The notes under the pieces are model-generated. The model saw only the letters and a program-made list of their open reading frames with translations. It made no database searches and was not told where the DNA came from. The position numbers and the translations under genes were made by a program. A DNA stretch of 60,962 nucleotides, counting the filler. It is 14 parts of 14 records of this genome, joined end to end, with 100 filler letters (N's around TTAATTAATTAA, not from the genome) between each part and the next. Parts side by side here need not be neighbours in the genome. Positions count along the whole stretch, not along the records: positions 1 to 3,362 come from SRR7504441_112965; positions 3,463 to 7,205 come from SRR7504441_113015; positions 7,306 to 13,735 come from SRR7504441_113192; 11 more parts are not named here. The stretch is one strand, 5' to 3'. Positions 1 through 9,997 of the stretch are shown one piece after another (the first letter of the stretch is position 1; the number at the start of each line of letters is the position of its first letter).

Positions 1-2
1 TA

Positions 3-1226
3 TCCAACACTGCCGAGATCTTTGACCAGGGCCGTCGGCTCGAGTTCCATAAGCGCAACAACGTGGCAAACACCCGCAGCGCAGGTGACGGCACGTGGAT
101 CATGAAACTTTGTGCCGGCGCGCTGGGAGGGACCTGCACGATGACGTTCAAGCCCGAATGTACTGTCCTAGCGATGGAATGGCCCTCTGCCATGTACGTC
201 GATGACAAGGTCAGTGCAAACTTCAAGCTGCCCAAAAACACTTTTGTGGCGTTCATCGATGACGCTGCAGTTCAGCGCAAGCTCTTCGCGGCTCAGCTGA
301 AGAAGCTGTTCGAGGTGCCGCCAGAGAGGCTGATAGTCCGAGGAGGCACCGAAGCAGAGATCCGAGCATTCGAGGAAGAGATGTTTACTCTCCTGTCGAC
401 ACACACCGACACGTATGTGCTCATCATCTCCGATGAGAACCTGGACTATGAGACTGACGGGGTTGTGGGCTCCATTTCTGGCAGTGAAATCCTGAGCTGC
501 CTGATCACTCGACTTCGCGAAACCACCAAGCTAGAGTCCAATCTCCTGGCTCTGGTTCGCAGTGGCAACGACTCCAAAGACGACGAGAAGCGATACCTCG
601 AGCGGGCTCATGGTGTGCTCCCCAAGTCAGTGACAAACAAAGCCGAGCTGCACAAGCTGGTTGCCACGCATTGGTATGGCAAGTTTGGCAGCATTGCTGA
701 GCGTCCTGGGGATGTGAGGGACGAGCTGGTTGATGGATGGGATGACGAGACAGCAGAGATGTTCGTGGAGGACCTGGATGCCGTGCTCAGCAAGCTTGAA
801 GCGATTCATAATGGAAGCAATGTCGAATGGCCATCCCTCTGGAGAACGCTGCACCAAGTCAAAGGTAATTGCCTGGGCTTGAAAGATTTCGAGGAGCTTC
901 CGGAGCTGAGCGAGGCTGGGGCCCAAGTTTGCGATACCATCAACTCAATGCGCGGACCCAAGGCACCGGCTCTTGTCCGACTAACGCAAGAGCTGCCCGA
1001 CCAGTTGAAGCTGGTCAAGCGTGAGATAGAAGCTCGCTGGAACAACCCTGAGCCAGTAGCGGTGGTGCAGCAAGGTTCAGGCTCAAACACAGACTCAGGC
1101 TCTGATGATGGTTCCAACACCGGCTCAGGTTCCGGATCTGATGAAGCCAACGCGACATCTACGGCCTCTACTTCTGAACAGAATGCTGTTCGCCGGAGAA
1201 AGGGCATCGAGATGCACAATGAATAA
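3..1226 (+). CDS. Hybrid histidine kinase, C-terminal part (HATPase end + receiver + HPt), 5' truncated
   Basis: Frame open from position 3. IFDQG (F-box-like) and SAGDGTWIM (G2-like). Receiver motifs AFIDD, IISDENLD, RSGND and VLPK. Helical HPt-like region with LHQVKG (HxxKG). Confidence 0.75.
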   Translation, partial: SNTAEIFDQGRRLEFHKRNNVANTRSAGDGTWIMKLCAGALGGTCTMTFKPECTVLAMEWPSAMYVDDKVSANFKLPKNTFVAFIDDAAVQRKLFAAQLKKLFEVPPERLIVRGGTEAEIRAFEEEMFTLLSTHTDTYVLIISDENLDYETDGVVGSISGSEILSCLITRLRETTKLESNLLALVRSGNDSKDDEKRYLERAHGVLPKSVTNKAELHKLVATHWYGKFGSIAERPGDVRDELVDGWDDETAEMFVEDLDAVLSKLEAIHNGSNVEWPSLWRTLHQVKGNCLGLKDFEELPELSEAGAQVCDTINSMRGPKAPALVRLTQELPDQLKLVKREIEARWNNPEPVAVVQQGSGSNTDSGSDDGSNTGSGSGSDEANATSTASTSEQNAVRRRKGIEMHNE

Positions 1227-1657
1227 GAGCCTGGGTCTGCGTTCGAGCGTGAGCTTTGCTCTGCCGATAGTTACATGTAAGCAACGTTCATGGAGCGATT
1301 AGGAGCGATGCTCTTGGCGAGGCAGAACAATCCACTATAATTATGTTCATGTATATTACCAAGGTTTTCAAAGCCGAAAGTCAATGATTAAAGCTGCCAT
1401 TATCCGTACAGTACTCGTATTATACTCGTATCAATTCATGTACAGCTCTATAGTTATATAACATGAATCTGTTTACCGTACAGACTTTTTGCAAGTAATT
1501 ACCTTTTATCAACGTGCACGTGTATCCACATAAGCCAGTTAAAAAGTACAAGTACTTACTTATTAATAAACAGTTATCTGCTTATGCAATTAAACTGTAT
1601 GGTTTCCCCTGGCCTTGGCAAACGTATGGCACACGTGTGCACAGTGTGCGCAACGCC

Positions 1658-3362
1658 TCATAGGTCCGTAAAACCTTTCAGATAAACCGTGCTATGATTT
1701 TCCGGAGACGTGACTTGTGTACTGTGCATGAGTAGACGGTACCGGTACCGCATGAGCATATGGTAAGTCTCGTATCTTTCCGGCGGAGTATCAATAGCTC
1801 CATGTGTCTCTGCCGTGTCCTCTTCGGGTGCATCGCTCGCTTTCATTGGCTCAAAGTTACTTGATGCGCCGGACTCGATCGCATAGTCGCAGTTTTGGGG
1901 ATCTGTCTTGATCGTAATTGGGCTGTTACACGTTGTACACTTGAAGATGAAGCGTTGAATGGGTATTCCGCGATGATCTTCTCCAACCACGGCCTCCTTC
2001 CTCGTGCTGAGCATCTTGCCCTTGTATAAATATTCACCACATGCATTACACTGGATGGCCATGGGCAGCACGAGACGGATGTTGAGCGCCGGCTCCCTCT
2101 CCGCGGGCTCTGGCGATCCCTGTTCCGCGGACTCCCCTGCTTGTCCTGCGAGTGCACGCTGATTGCGTCGGTGGCGGGCTGCATGCAAAGCATCGAGGGC
2201 ACGTACTGCATTTCTACGGCGCTCATAGTCGCCGTGGGACTTTTGTGCAAGGTAACTCGTATAGTCATCATCAGTGGGTTGTTGATCAGCCGTAGCATCG
2301 GGCTCAGGCAGGGGTAACTCTGGGACAAGCGATACATCACGGGTCGTCTCATTGCTCACCATTGCTTTCCGCGCCCTCATCTCTCGAGCTGACTGCGCCA
2401 ACGTCTGGAATGCCTCTGCCATGGACTTCTCCTGTTGCCGAGCGACGGCCTCACTATTGAACCCCTCTAGTCTCATCAAATCGCCGAGCGCTGTACTCCA
2501 GTTCATGTTGTCGATCGGCCCAACACTCTGAGGAGGAGCAGAAGTAGAGCGACCTACAGCAGGCTTCGGCCCATGTTGGATAAGACCTGCATTGTATGCC
2601 GCGGTCAAATCCTCTGGAGGTAGCATGCCGTCCATGTTTGTGTCTATCCGATCAAACACGCCGGCGATGCTTGGGAATGCCTTGCAATCGGGCGCCGCCT
2701 TATCCCCTAGCTGCTGTGTCCTTCCGAGCTCCAAAGAAGGATTCTGCTGCGCGGCGCTGGGAGTGCCCATCACTTCCTCGGCTCGATCCCGCAACAGCAG
2801 CTGAGTGTCAGGCCGTTCAGCGCGGTTGGTCGCACTGGCTTCGAGTGCCTCGATGCGGTCAAGCATGCAGTGGAAGGCATATGCCGTATCCTCCTTGTGA
2901 GCTTCAATGTCCTCTACGATGCTCTCCTTGTGGGTCTCAAATGTTTTGATGCGATCCAGCACACTAGACAAGGCATCTGTTGTATCCTCCAAGTGTTGTA
3001 TCCTACAAGTCAGGACACCCTCTGTGGCGATTTCCTTTTGAAGCGTCTCAGCCTCCTGGATCATGAGCGGCGATGGAGGCGGCACACTAGCCTCCGGCAG
3101 CTCAGCTGCAAGCATTGGTGAGGCTGTTGGCTGGCGTAGCGTCTTCTCGCTTAAGACCTTGCAATTGGCCTTCACCTGCAACACCTCGACAGGAGCCGCC
3201 GGCGACGTGGCCTCCGCAGCTGCCTTTGCAGCTGCCTTTGCCCTCGTTGTCGCTTTTTCTGCGGCCTTTGCCCTGGCTGCCGCCTCCTTAGCAGCGGCTT
3301 CCGCCTTGGCGGCCTCCCTAGCCGCAAGCATCGGGCCTGCTGATGGTCCAGCCATGGCCGCA
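1658..3362 (-). CDS. Low-complexity/coiled-coil protein with an embedded Yju2/CWC16 (CCDC94-like) zinc domain, possibly 5' truncated
   Basis: IRLVLPMAIQCNACGEYLYKGK...RFIFKCTTCNSPITIKTDPQNCDY matches the Saf4/Yju2 core (about 1850-2090). EF-hand-like DRIDTNMDGML upstream. Confidence 0.6.
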
Positions 3363-3461
3363 NNNNNNNNNNNNNNNNNNNNNNNNNNNNNNNNNNNNNN
3401 NNNNNNTTAATTAATTAANNNNNNNNNNNNNNNNNNNNNNNNNNNNNNNNNNNNNNNNNNN
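3363..3461. other. Artificial contig-join linker (Ns-TTAATTAATTAA-Ns). Recurs at about 7206, 13736, 18796, 22840, 26819, 30280, 33486, 37874, 44304, 49601, 54340 and 57660
   Basis: Same ~100-nt spacer 13 times. TTAATTAATTAA gives stops in all six frames. Genes are cut at these points. Confidence 0.98.
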
Positions 3462-3505
3462 NGGGGGAAGCGAGAGAGGGACAGCACGCTTGCACAGCGC
3501 GGCCC

Positions 3506-6500
3506 ATGAGCCCTACGATGACGCAGGTGCCGGGCTGCCGGGCGGGCGCCGACCGGTCCCAGGCCTCCGCCTCGCACACCGGGCAGCACGAGGTAGAGTT
3601 CGACGCCTACGCCAGCCGGGACCGCCTGCTCGCCGTTCAGGCGCGCTGCCCTTCGGGCGGCGGCCGAGTCCCGGACAGCGGCTATGCGACGCGGCCGAGC
3701 TGGACATTATCCTGGCGGTGCCCGGGGTGGATGGACGGCGGAACGACGGGGCGGGGCCCCTGGTCAACTACTTAATGATGGGCAGCTCAGGGAGTGAGCT
3801 GGCTCGGGTGAGCTCGACACTGGACGAGGAGCTGGATGACGTGCTGCTCGGGGTGGCACCGGACGCGGTGTGGCTGTTCGCTCCGGCCAGCGCCTGGCGG
3901 TTGGTCGAGCGGCAGCTTGCGCTATGGCCCAACCTGACGGTGGTCACACTCAGTGGGGAGGAGCTCGAGGACACCGACTTGGCGGAAGAACGCAAGGTGG
4001 ATGCATTCGCGCGGATGACCGAGGGCCGCCGCAGGGTTGGCGTGCCGCTACCTGGGTTCCCAGCTGACACACCGATGACGGGCGACTCTCCTGTCGAGAA
4101 GTGGCCGATCGTGCAGGCGTACGCTTTCGAGGACATGGGCAATGGGGCCACCCGAGGATTCTTCACAATGAACCACCGGGTAGTTTCGGTGGCTGAGCAG
4201 CTGGCGGCTGGCTGCTACTCGCAGGTGGATTCTCATTCACTCAAGCTACTCCAGCTCCGCTCGCTGCCACTGCTCCGGTATCACTGGGAGTCGACAATCA
4301 GGATGCTCGACCTGCCCACTGGTGAGGAGCGGGCGTTCGTCACCGAGACCGCGGTGGCCGAGCCGCTCGGCACCTACTTCAACTACGGGCGACTCGACTC
4401 TGTGGCTGCAAGTGAGCAGCAGCCCCGCGTGCTGTTTGGACAACGCAGCAACGAACTCGATGGTATGAGTGGAGAGACCCGACTGGGTCAGGCTGGACCG
4501 TACGCTGGCGAGTTCTCGCAGGAGTCGGAGGGCAACAACCAGGCCACCCACCTGACTGTCGAGGCAAGGGAGCCGCACGGTGTGCTGTGGTGTGCCCGTA
4601 GCTATCTTTGCCACATAGGCTCGGGAATCAACGGGCCGGACCCATACCAGGCTTTCGCGGCTCAGAATACCCAACGGCTGGCTGTGCTGTACGCGGGGCT
4701 GCTCGAATGCCTGACAGTGGTGTGCTCAGAGGTGGCGAGTGACCCTGCAGCCGATCATGGCCAGATAAAGCAGCTCGCACTCGATTGGCTAGTTGAGAGA
4801 GAGCCAGAGCAGATGTCCCGGCTGGTGCTCCCGGAGGCTTTCGAACTGAGCTTTCAATCGGCCAGCACACCCACCCGACTGGTGGCTGACTCGCTGCCAC
4901 TGGCTGGCTGCTCGAGCCTCAGGGCAGTGCATTGGGTTCAACTCACGCTACTGAGCATTCCGAGCGCTGATCCAAGCTGCGACACCCCGCTCGGTGCGCT
5001 CACTGTGGGCGACAGCGTGATGTTTAACTTGCTGGCGTCGAGTCCGGAGCTGCGGGTGCTCAACATTACTCGCCCTGCAATCAGTGCGTGGGCAGCCTGG
5101 ACAGGCAGTGGAGCCGAGGCAGTGCACTGTAGGCACACGGCGACAGAGCTTACCCGCGATCACGCCGGGCTCGCTGTGGGTGACCGGGCGCTAGGAGATG
5201 TGCTGGTGCCAGCTGTGGAGGGCGCGAGCTGGAAGCTTGATGGCGCTATGCTCCAGGGTGCAATGAGCGGGTCAGTCCACCTGTACGAGCGCGGGTTGGT
5301 GCTCCAACATAAGAGGCTCGGGTACGCGGTGCTGCACCTGGAGGAACTCGAATCTGTCCGAGTGCTCCAAGGCCAGGGCAATGACGCCAGGCGGTGGGCC
5401 GTGCAAATGAAGCTCCCACTCGAGGCAGATCCTGTATTTGGCACGGTCGGCTCGCGCGATGTCACTGTGTGGCTGCCTCAGGCACAATCCAAGACGGTAG
5501 TGCCAGCTTGGAAGCAGACTCTTGCGATGCTGTCGAGGGAGCTCCTTGCCGGGCCGGAAGCTGCAGAGGAGCAGCTGGGAGAGCCTGCGCTCGCTTGTAT
5601 GCAAGACTGGGTCCAAGAGATGGCGTGCACGGACCTCCTTGCAATCCCAGAGCAGGCGATTGAGGCCAACATGGGGCCCTGGGAACTGGAGCAGGCCAAG
5701 CCCGAGGAGGATCGGATTCCGATCACCGTGCTCTGTGGGGTAAGCGGCTCTGGCAAGTCTGTGATTGCCGAGTCAATCGCCAACGTGACAGAGAGCAGCT
5801 TCGAATGGGAGGTGGTGCGGAACAAGCTGGCCGATGGGGCAGCTTGGCACAGCCAGAGGGTCTGCGACCAGCTGGTGGCGTTCGCAGAGAAGAGTCACGC
5901 GATGCAGCGCGCACGCCTGCCTCGTGTGATGGTGATCACTCCAGGAAACGCTTCGATGGCAGTGGTGATGCACACGCTATGCTCCAGCCCTGAGATTAGC
6001 CAGCGCTTTTACGTTTCTTCCGTGACGTGCGTGCTCAATATGAGCCAGCTAGCCCAGTATCGGGACACATGGGGCACTGCGCTGCCAAACATGAAGGAGC
6101 AGGTTTATGGCGGCTGGTCGCAGTGTGCGATTGTCAGCCAGCACGAAAATGTGGACCAAGAATTTGTTGAGCTGCAGGAGGAGCAGCTGCGGCAATTGCG
6201 GTGCGGAATTGTTGTGATGCGGGCCACCAACGGTCGAGTGCTCGCTCAACACGAGCGGGAGCAGGTACTGTCAGACTGCTGGCTGCAGCCAGAGATGCAG
6301 AGAGCCCGTATGCGAGCCTGCCCTGGCTGGTTGTCTGGTGAGCTTGGACCTTGAGGCTTGTGCTGAGGTGTGCTGCGCAGGGAGGCTGCAGATGGAGACT
6401 GCTCGCTCGCAAGCCGTCCAAGGGGTGTTTGTCTCAATGGGACCGCAGCCGGACAAGGAGCGGTTTGTCAAGTGGATTGCTAGTGCCGTGCAGGACGGCA

Positions 6501-7077
6501 AGCTCGGAAACATTCTCAGAGTGATTGGCTTCCTCAAGCTAGATGGCGACAACAAGGACTGGAGTGCGTTTGAGTCAATCGGTGCGAGCACTCGATGGGT
6601 CTCGCCCAAGCTCAAACTGGAGGGCGCATTTGCCCAGCCAGTCCACACAGACACCAAGATTCTTTTTGTCGGCGAGAATCTGTCCCAGTCGTCAATCCTC
6701 GATGGCCTGGCCAGCACCCGCCCTCCAATGCGCGAGAAGCTGGTTATCAAGACCACCGAGAGCCTCTCGAGCGACGAGGTGAAGCAAGTCAACAAGGACC
6801 GTCAGACTGAGCAGTGCCCTGAAGGTGAGCCCATGCTATCCGCCAGACCTGACTGTCCTCGCGCGCTGCAGGAATATATTTCACCGGAGTGCATTGGGTA
6901 AATTTCTATGGCGAACCCGTGTTTGAGCATCCGCTGCTACCCCAATTTCTGGAGGAGTACGTCGCCGAGCAAAATCACCAAGCCAACGCACACAACGCCG
7001 AGGTGCAGGCCGAGTGGGACGCCGATGCCGCGCTGATGGCCCAAAGCTTTGTGCTCGTGGATGCTGTCAAACTGTAA
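3506..7077 (+). CDS. DNAAF9: Dynein axonemal assembly factor 9 / Shulin (C20orf194) homolog, spliced
   Basis: Motifs GVDGRRNDG..LVNYL, EKWPIVQAYA, GFFTM; a P-loop-like ITVLCGVSGSGKS; C-terminal YFTGVHWVNFYGE..HPLL. Frames join via introns 3527-3562 (in-frame, uncertain), 3641-3678 (GC-AG), 6338-6380 and 6825-6871. Confidence 0.88.
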
Positions 7078-7990
7078 AAAGTTTTTATGGGCCCGCCTTG
7101 ACGGTAATCCCGCGATGGTGCCGCGAAGACACGTCGGTTGATAATCGATTGCAATTGCATCGTATGTTGCATCGATCTCGTTGATAATGTTACTAGTAAT
7201 CATAANNNNNNNNNNNNNNNNNNNNNNNNNNNNNNNNNNNNNNNNNNNNTTAATTAATTAANNNNNNNNNNNNNNNNNNNNNNNNNNNNNNNNNNNNNNN
7301 NNNNNAAAATTCTACAAGCACTAATGGTTAGACACCATCTGGCCAAGCCCTGCCCTCAACACTGACAGTTCCAGTTGATTTCAAGGTATAGTCAAATCCT
7401 GCGACGAAACTGCAGCTACTGGTCTGATTCTGTGTGCGTGCAGCGCCGGCATGGTCCCCGCCGGAGCAACCCCCGAAGGCTCGGGTATAGATGAGCATGA
7501 GCTGTCAAACTGTTGAGCTGCAATGTGTCAGGCCTATGCAAGTTCGCCAGTCCGGGGGGAACATTAGTGGCCAGAGCCCCGAGAGGGATGGCCTGCCGCC
7601 CCCAATCCCTCAACCTCTGCGTCGCGGCCGGCGCAGCGTCTGCGAGCCACTGCAGTCTAGTCCAGCCTCCTCAACTGCGCTGAGGTCTCATGCTCTCATG
7701 CTCAACCGACACTCGGAGCCTTTACCTAAGATCTCAACCACAGCCGACAGCCCCAGCAGCATCAGCAGTAGCTAGCCCCCCTGACTGTGGGTGACGCGAG
7801 TCTAATTAGTGACCACTTTACATTATTAAATTGATCATGATGAGATCGAGAGCGGCCGCGATCACGAGAGCGCCCGCACTTCAAGTAATCGGACACCACA
7901 CAAATAATAAAGCATTCATTTTATGCAGCCGGACCCAGCGCCACGGCCGCTCTAGTCAGGCCCCAGCTCCAAATACGCGCGCGCGACCGA

Positions 7991-8515
7991 TTAGCGCTTG
8001 ACCCACTGGAACTTCTTGCGCGCCTTCTTCTGGCCCGGCTTCTTGCGCTCCACCCGCCTCGAGTCCCTCGTGAGCAGCCCCGCCGCGCGCAGCTTGGGCC
8101 GGAGCTCCGGGTCCAACCCGACCAGCGCCCGCGAGATCCCGAGCCGGAGCGCCCCGGCCTGCCCGGAGGTGCCGCCCCCTTTGACCGTGCTCTTGACCCC
8201 AACCAGCTTCTGGGCTCCGGTCTCGACCAGCGGCATGAGCACCTCGTCCACGTTCCAGGGCAGGCCGCTGTAGAACTGCTCGAGCGTCTTGCCGTTGACC
8301 AGCACCTCCGACCCACCGGGCTCGACCCACACCCTGGCAACGCTGCTCTTCCGCCTGCCTGTGGCGTAGCTTGTCGGCTTGCCGGCCAGGCTGACCGGCG
8401 CGGGCTCGGGGGGGGTGGGCTGATCTGGCAGCGCGTCCGCCGGCTCGCTTGTGGTCAGCGGCCGCACCGGGCGCGCCAGGCGCAGGCTGGCACCCAACCG
8501 GCGGAGAGCCAGCAT
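7991..8515 (-). CDS. MRPS9: Organellar (likely mitochondrial) ribosomal protein uS9
   Basis: ATGRRKSSVARV, VKGGGTSGQAGA, LTRDSRRVERKKPGQKKARKKFQWVKR. Arg/Leu-rich presequence MLALRRLGASLRL. Confidence 0.93.
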   Translation of the reverse strand: MLALRRLGASLRLARPVRPLTTSEPADALPDQPTPPEPAPVSLAGKPTSYATGRRKSSVARVWVEPGGSEVLVNGKTLEQFYSGLPWNVDEVLMPLVETGAQKLVGVKSTVKGGGTSGQAGALRLGISRALVGLDPELRPKLRAAGLLTRDSRRVERKKPGQKKARKKFQWVKR

Positions 8516-8834
8516 CCCCGGTCGCTTGTCTTGGTGTCGTTGCAAAACAGCCGGCTGCAACAGGCTGGCAGACTCCCACCACCTTCGGCGGAGATTGCTC
8601 TCCATGTGCTCTTAATGTGCTCTCGGGGAGCTCCGGAGCCGGAAACAAGATGGAGCCCGAGAGTGGTGCGGACCTTCGTTGCACAGCCTGGACCGACTAA
8701 ACTGATTGCGTCACAGAGACACGAAGGCAGCTCGTACCGAAAATGCTCAATTTTCACAGGTGCCGCGAGCATGACATTGTGTCGTCGAAACAAAAGTCGG
8801 ACAACCCCTTCAGTTATTTTTGGAACCGCTGGAT

Positions 8835-9547
8835 TTATCGATCGACTAACCTTAGCTGAATTTGCCCAGCGGCGCTCGGGCGAGCCTGTCGCCTAACCGG
8901 CCAAGCTTGAGACAATTCTTGCGCAGCCACATCGCGTCCAAGGCGAGCACGGGTGCGCTGCCACATGCAGTGAGCCGGCCGCTCGGCCGCAACAGCGCAC
9001 CATCCGAGCCAGCACACGGCCAGTCGCGACTTGCGCACCGCACGCGCAGTGATGTAGCTCCAAATCGGCAGCCGCAGAAGCAACAGCACCCCGATTCGCC
9101 AGAGCGCCAGCAGCTGCAAGGCCACGGGGTGCACGCACCAGGCCTCCAAGACACTCAGCGCCCCGTAAAGCTCGGTCACAAAGAACAGGCATCCATAGAA
9201 CAGCCCTGCGCCCGCCTCTCGCCGTGCGCACCCAGCCTGGGCGCACCGCGCTGGCCGGCGGCGAGATAGGCAGCGCAAAGCCCGAGTCCGAACCCGTGGT
9301 GCGCGAGCATGTCCAGCGGGACCCGCCCGGTGGCCCATCTGGCCGCCCAGAGGTCGAGCGGCAGCGTGACCGCCGCGGCCAGCGCCAGCAGCCGGGCCGA
9401 CCAGGGGCGCCACTCTAGCAGCCGGTGCTCATCGGGCTCGCTGGCGGCCGAGGCCAGGCACCGGCCCGCCCACAGCCCGACTACCAAGCGGCTCAGGCTC
9501 CGGCCGCCGGCAACCACCAGCTCTCTCGACTCACGCCGCATCCTCAC
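8835..9547 (-). CDS. Small multi-pass membrane protein, TLC-domain-like, spliced
   Basis: Hydrophobic helices with DMLAHH and downstream FFVTEL and LLLLRLP, joined by a ~41-nt GT-AG intron near 9205-9246. 3' end uncertain. Confidence 0.4.
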
Positions 9548-9997
9548 GCATCCGATCCTGTTTGTCGTTGGAGTTGGACGGGAGGAGAAGAGGAGGGGGG
9601 AGGGCTCGGACGCCGGGGACGGAGGACCTGAAGGGTTGGGGGGGGGGGGCTAACCCTCCCCCTCCCCCACGGCTATCTTCGGCGGGGAAGCGGAGGTCCC
9701 ATCCGCCGGAGGTGATCATGAGCGTCATGAGCCTCTCTCACGCTCGCACGCAGCTCGCACGCTTCACTGCGAACCAAACTCAATTTCTTTCTAACCCTTC
9801 CACGCCGTAGCACTTGTAAGCGACCGGTGGACTGCAGCCCGGGCGAGTTCTCTGCCTCGGGCTCTCCCTCCCGCTCGTACACCTTGCAGCTCGGGCAACG
9901 AGCCAGTAAGCCAGCTACTGCGCGCGCTGCGGGTCCTCTGAGCGTCGCGGCAAAATTCTTTTGGATTTGGATCAACTGCCGTGATTTTTATGCCCAG

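Noticed and set aside
7306..7900. Short ORFs at the start of contig 3
   Set aside because: Possibly the 3' end of a truncated gene, but there are no supporting motifs.
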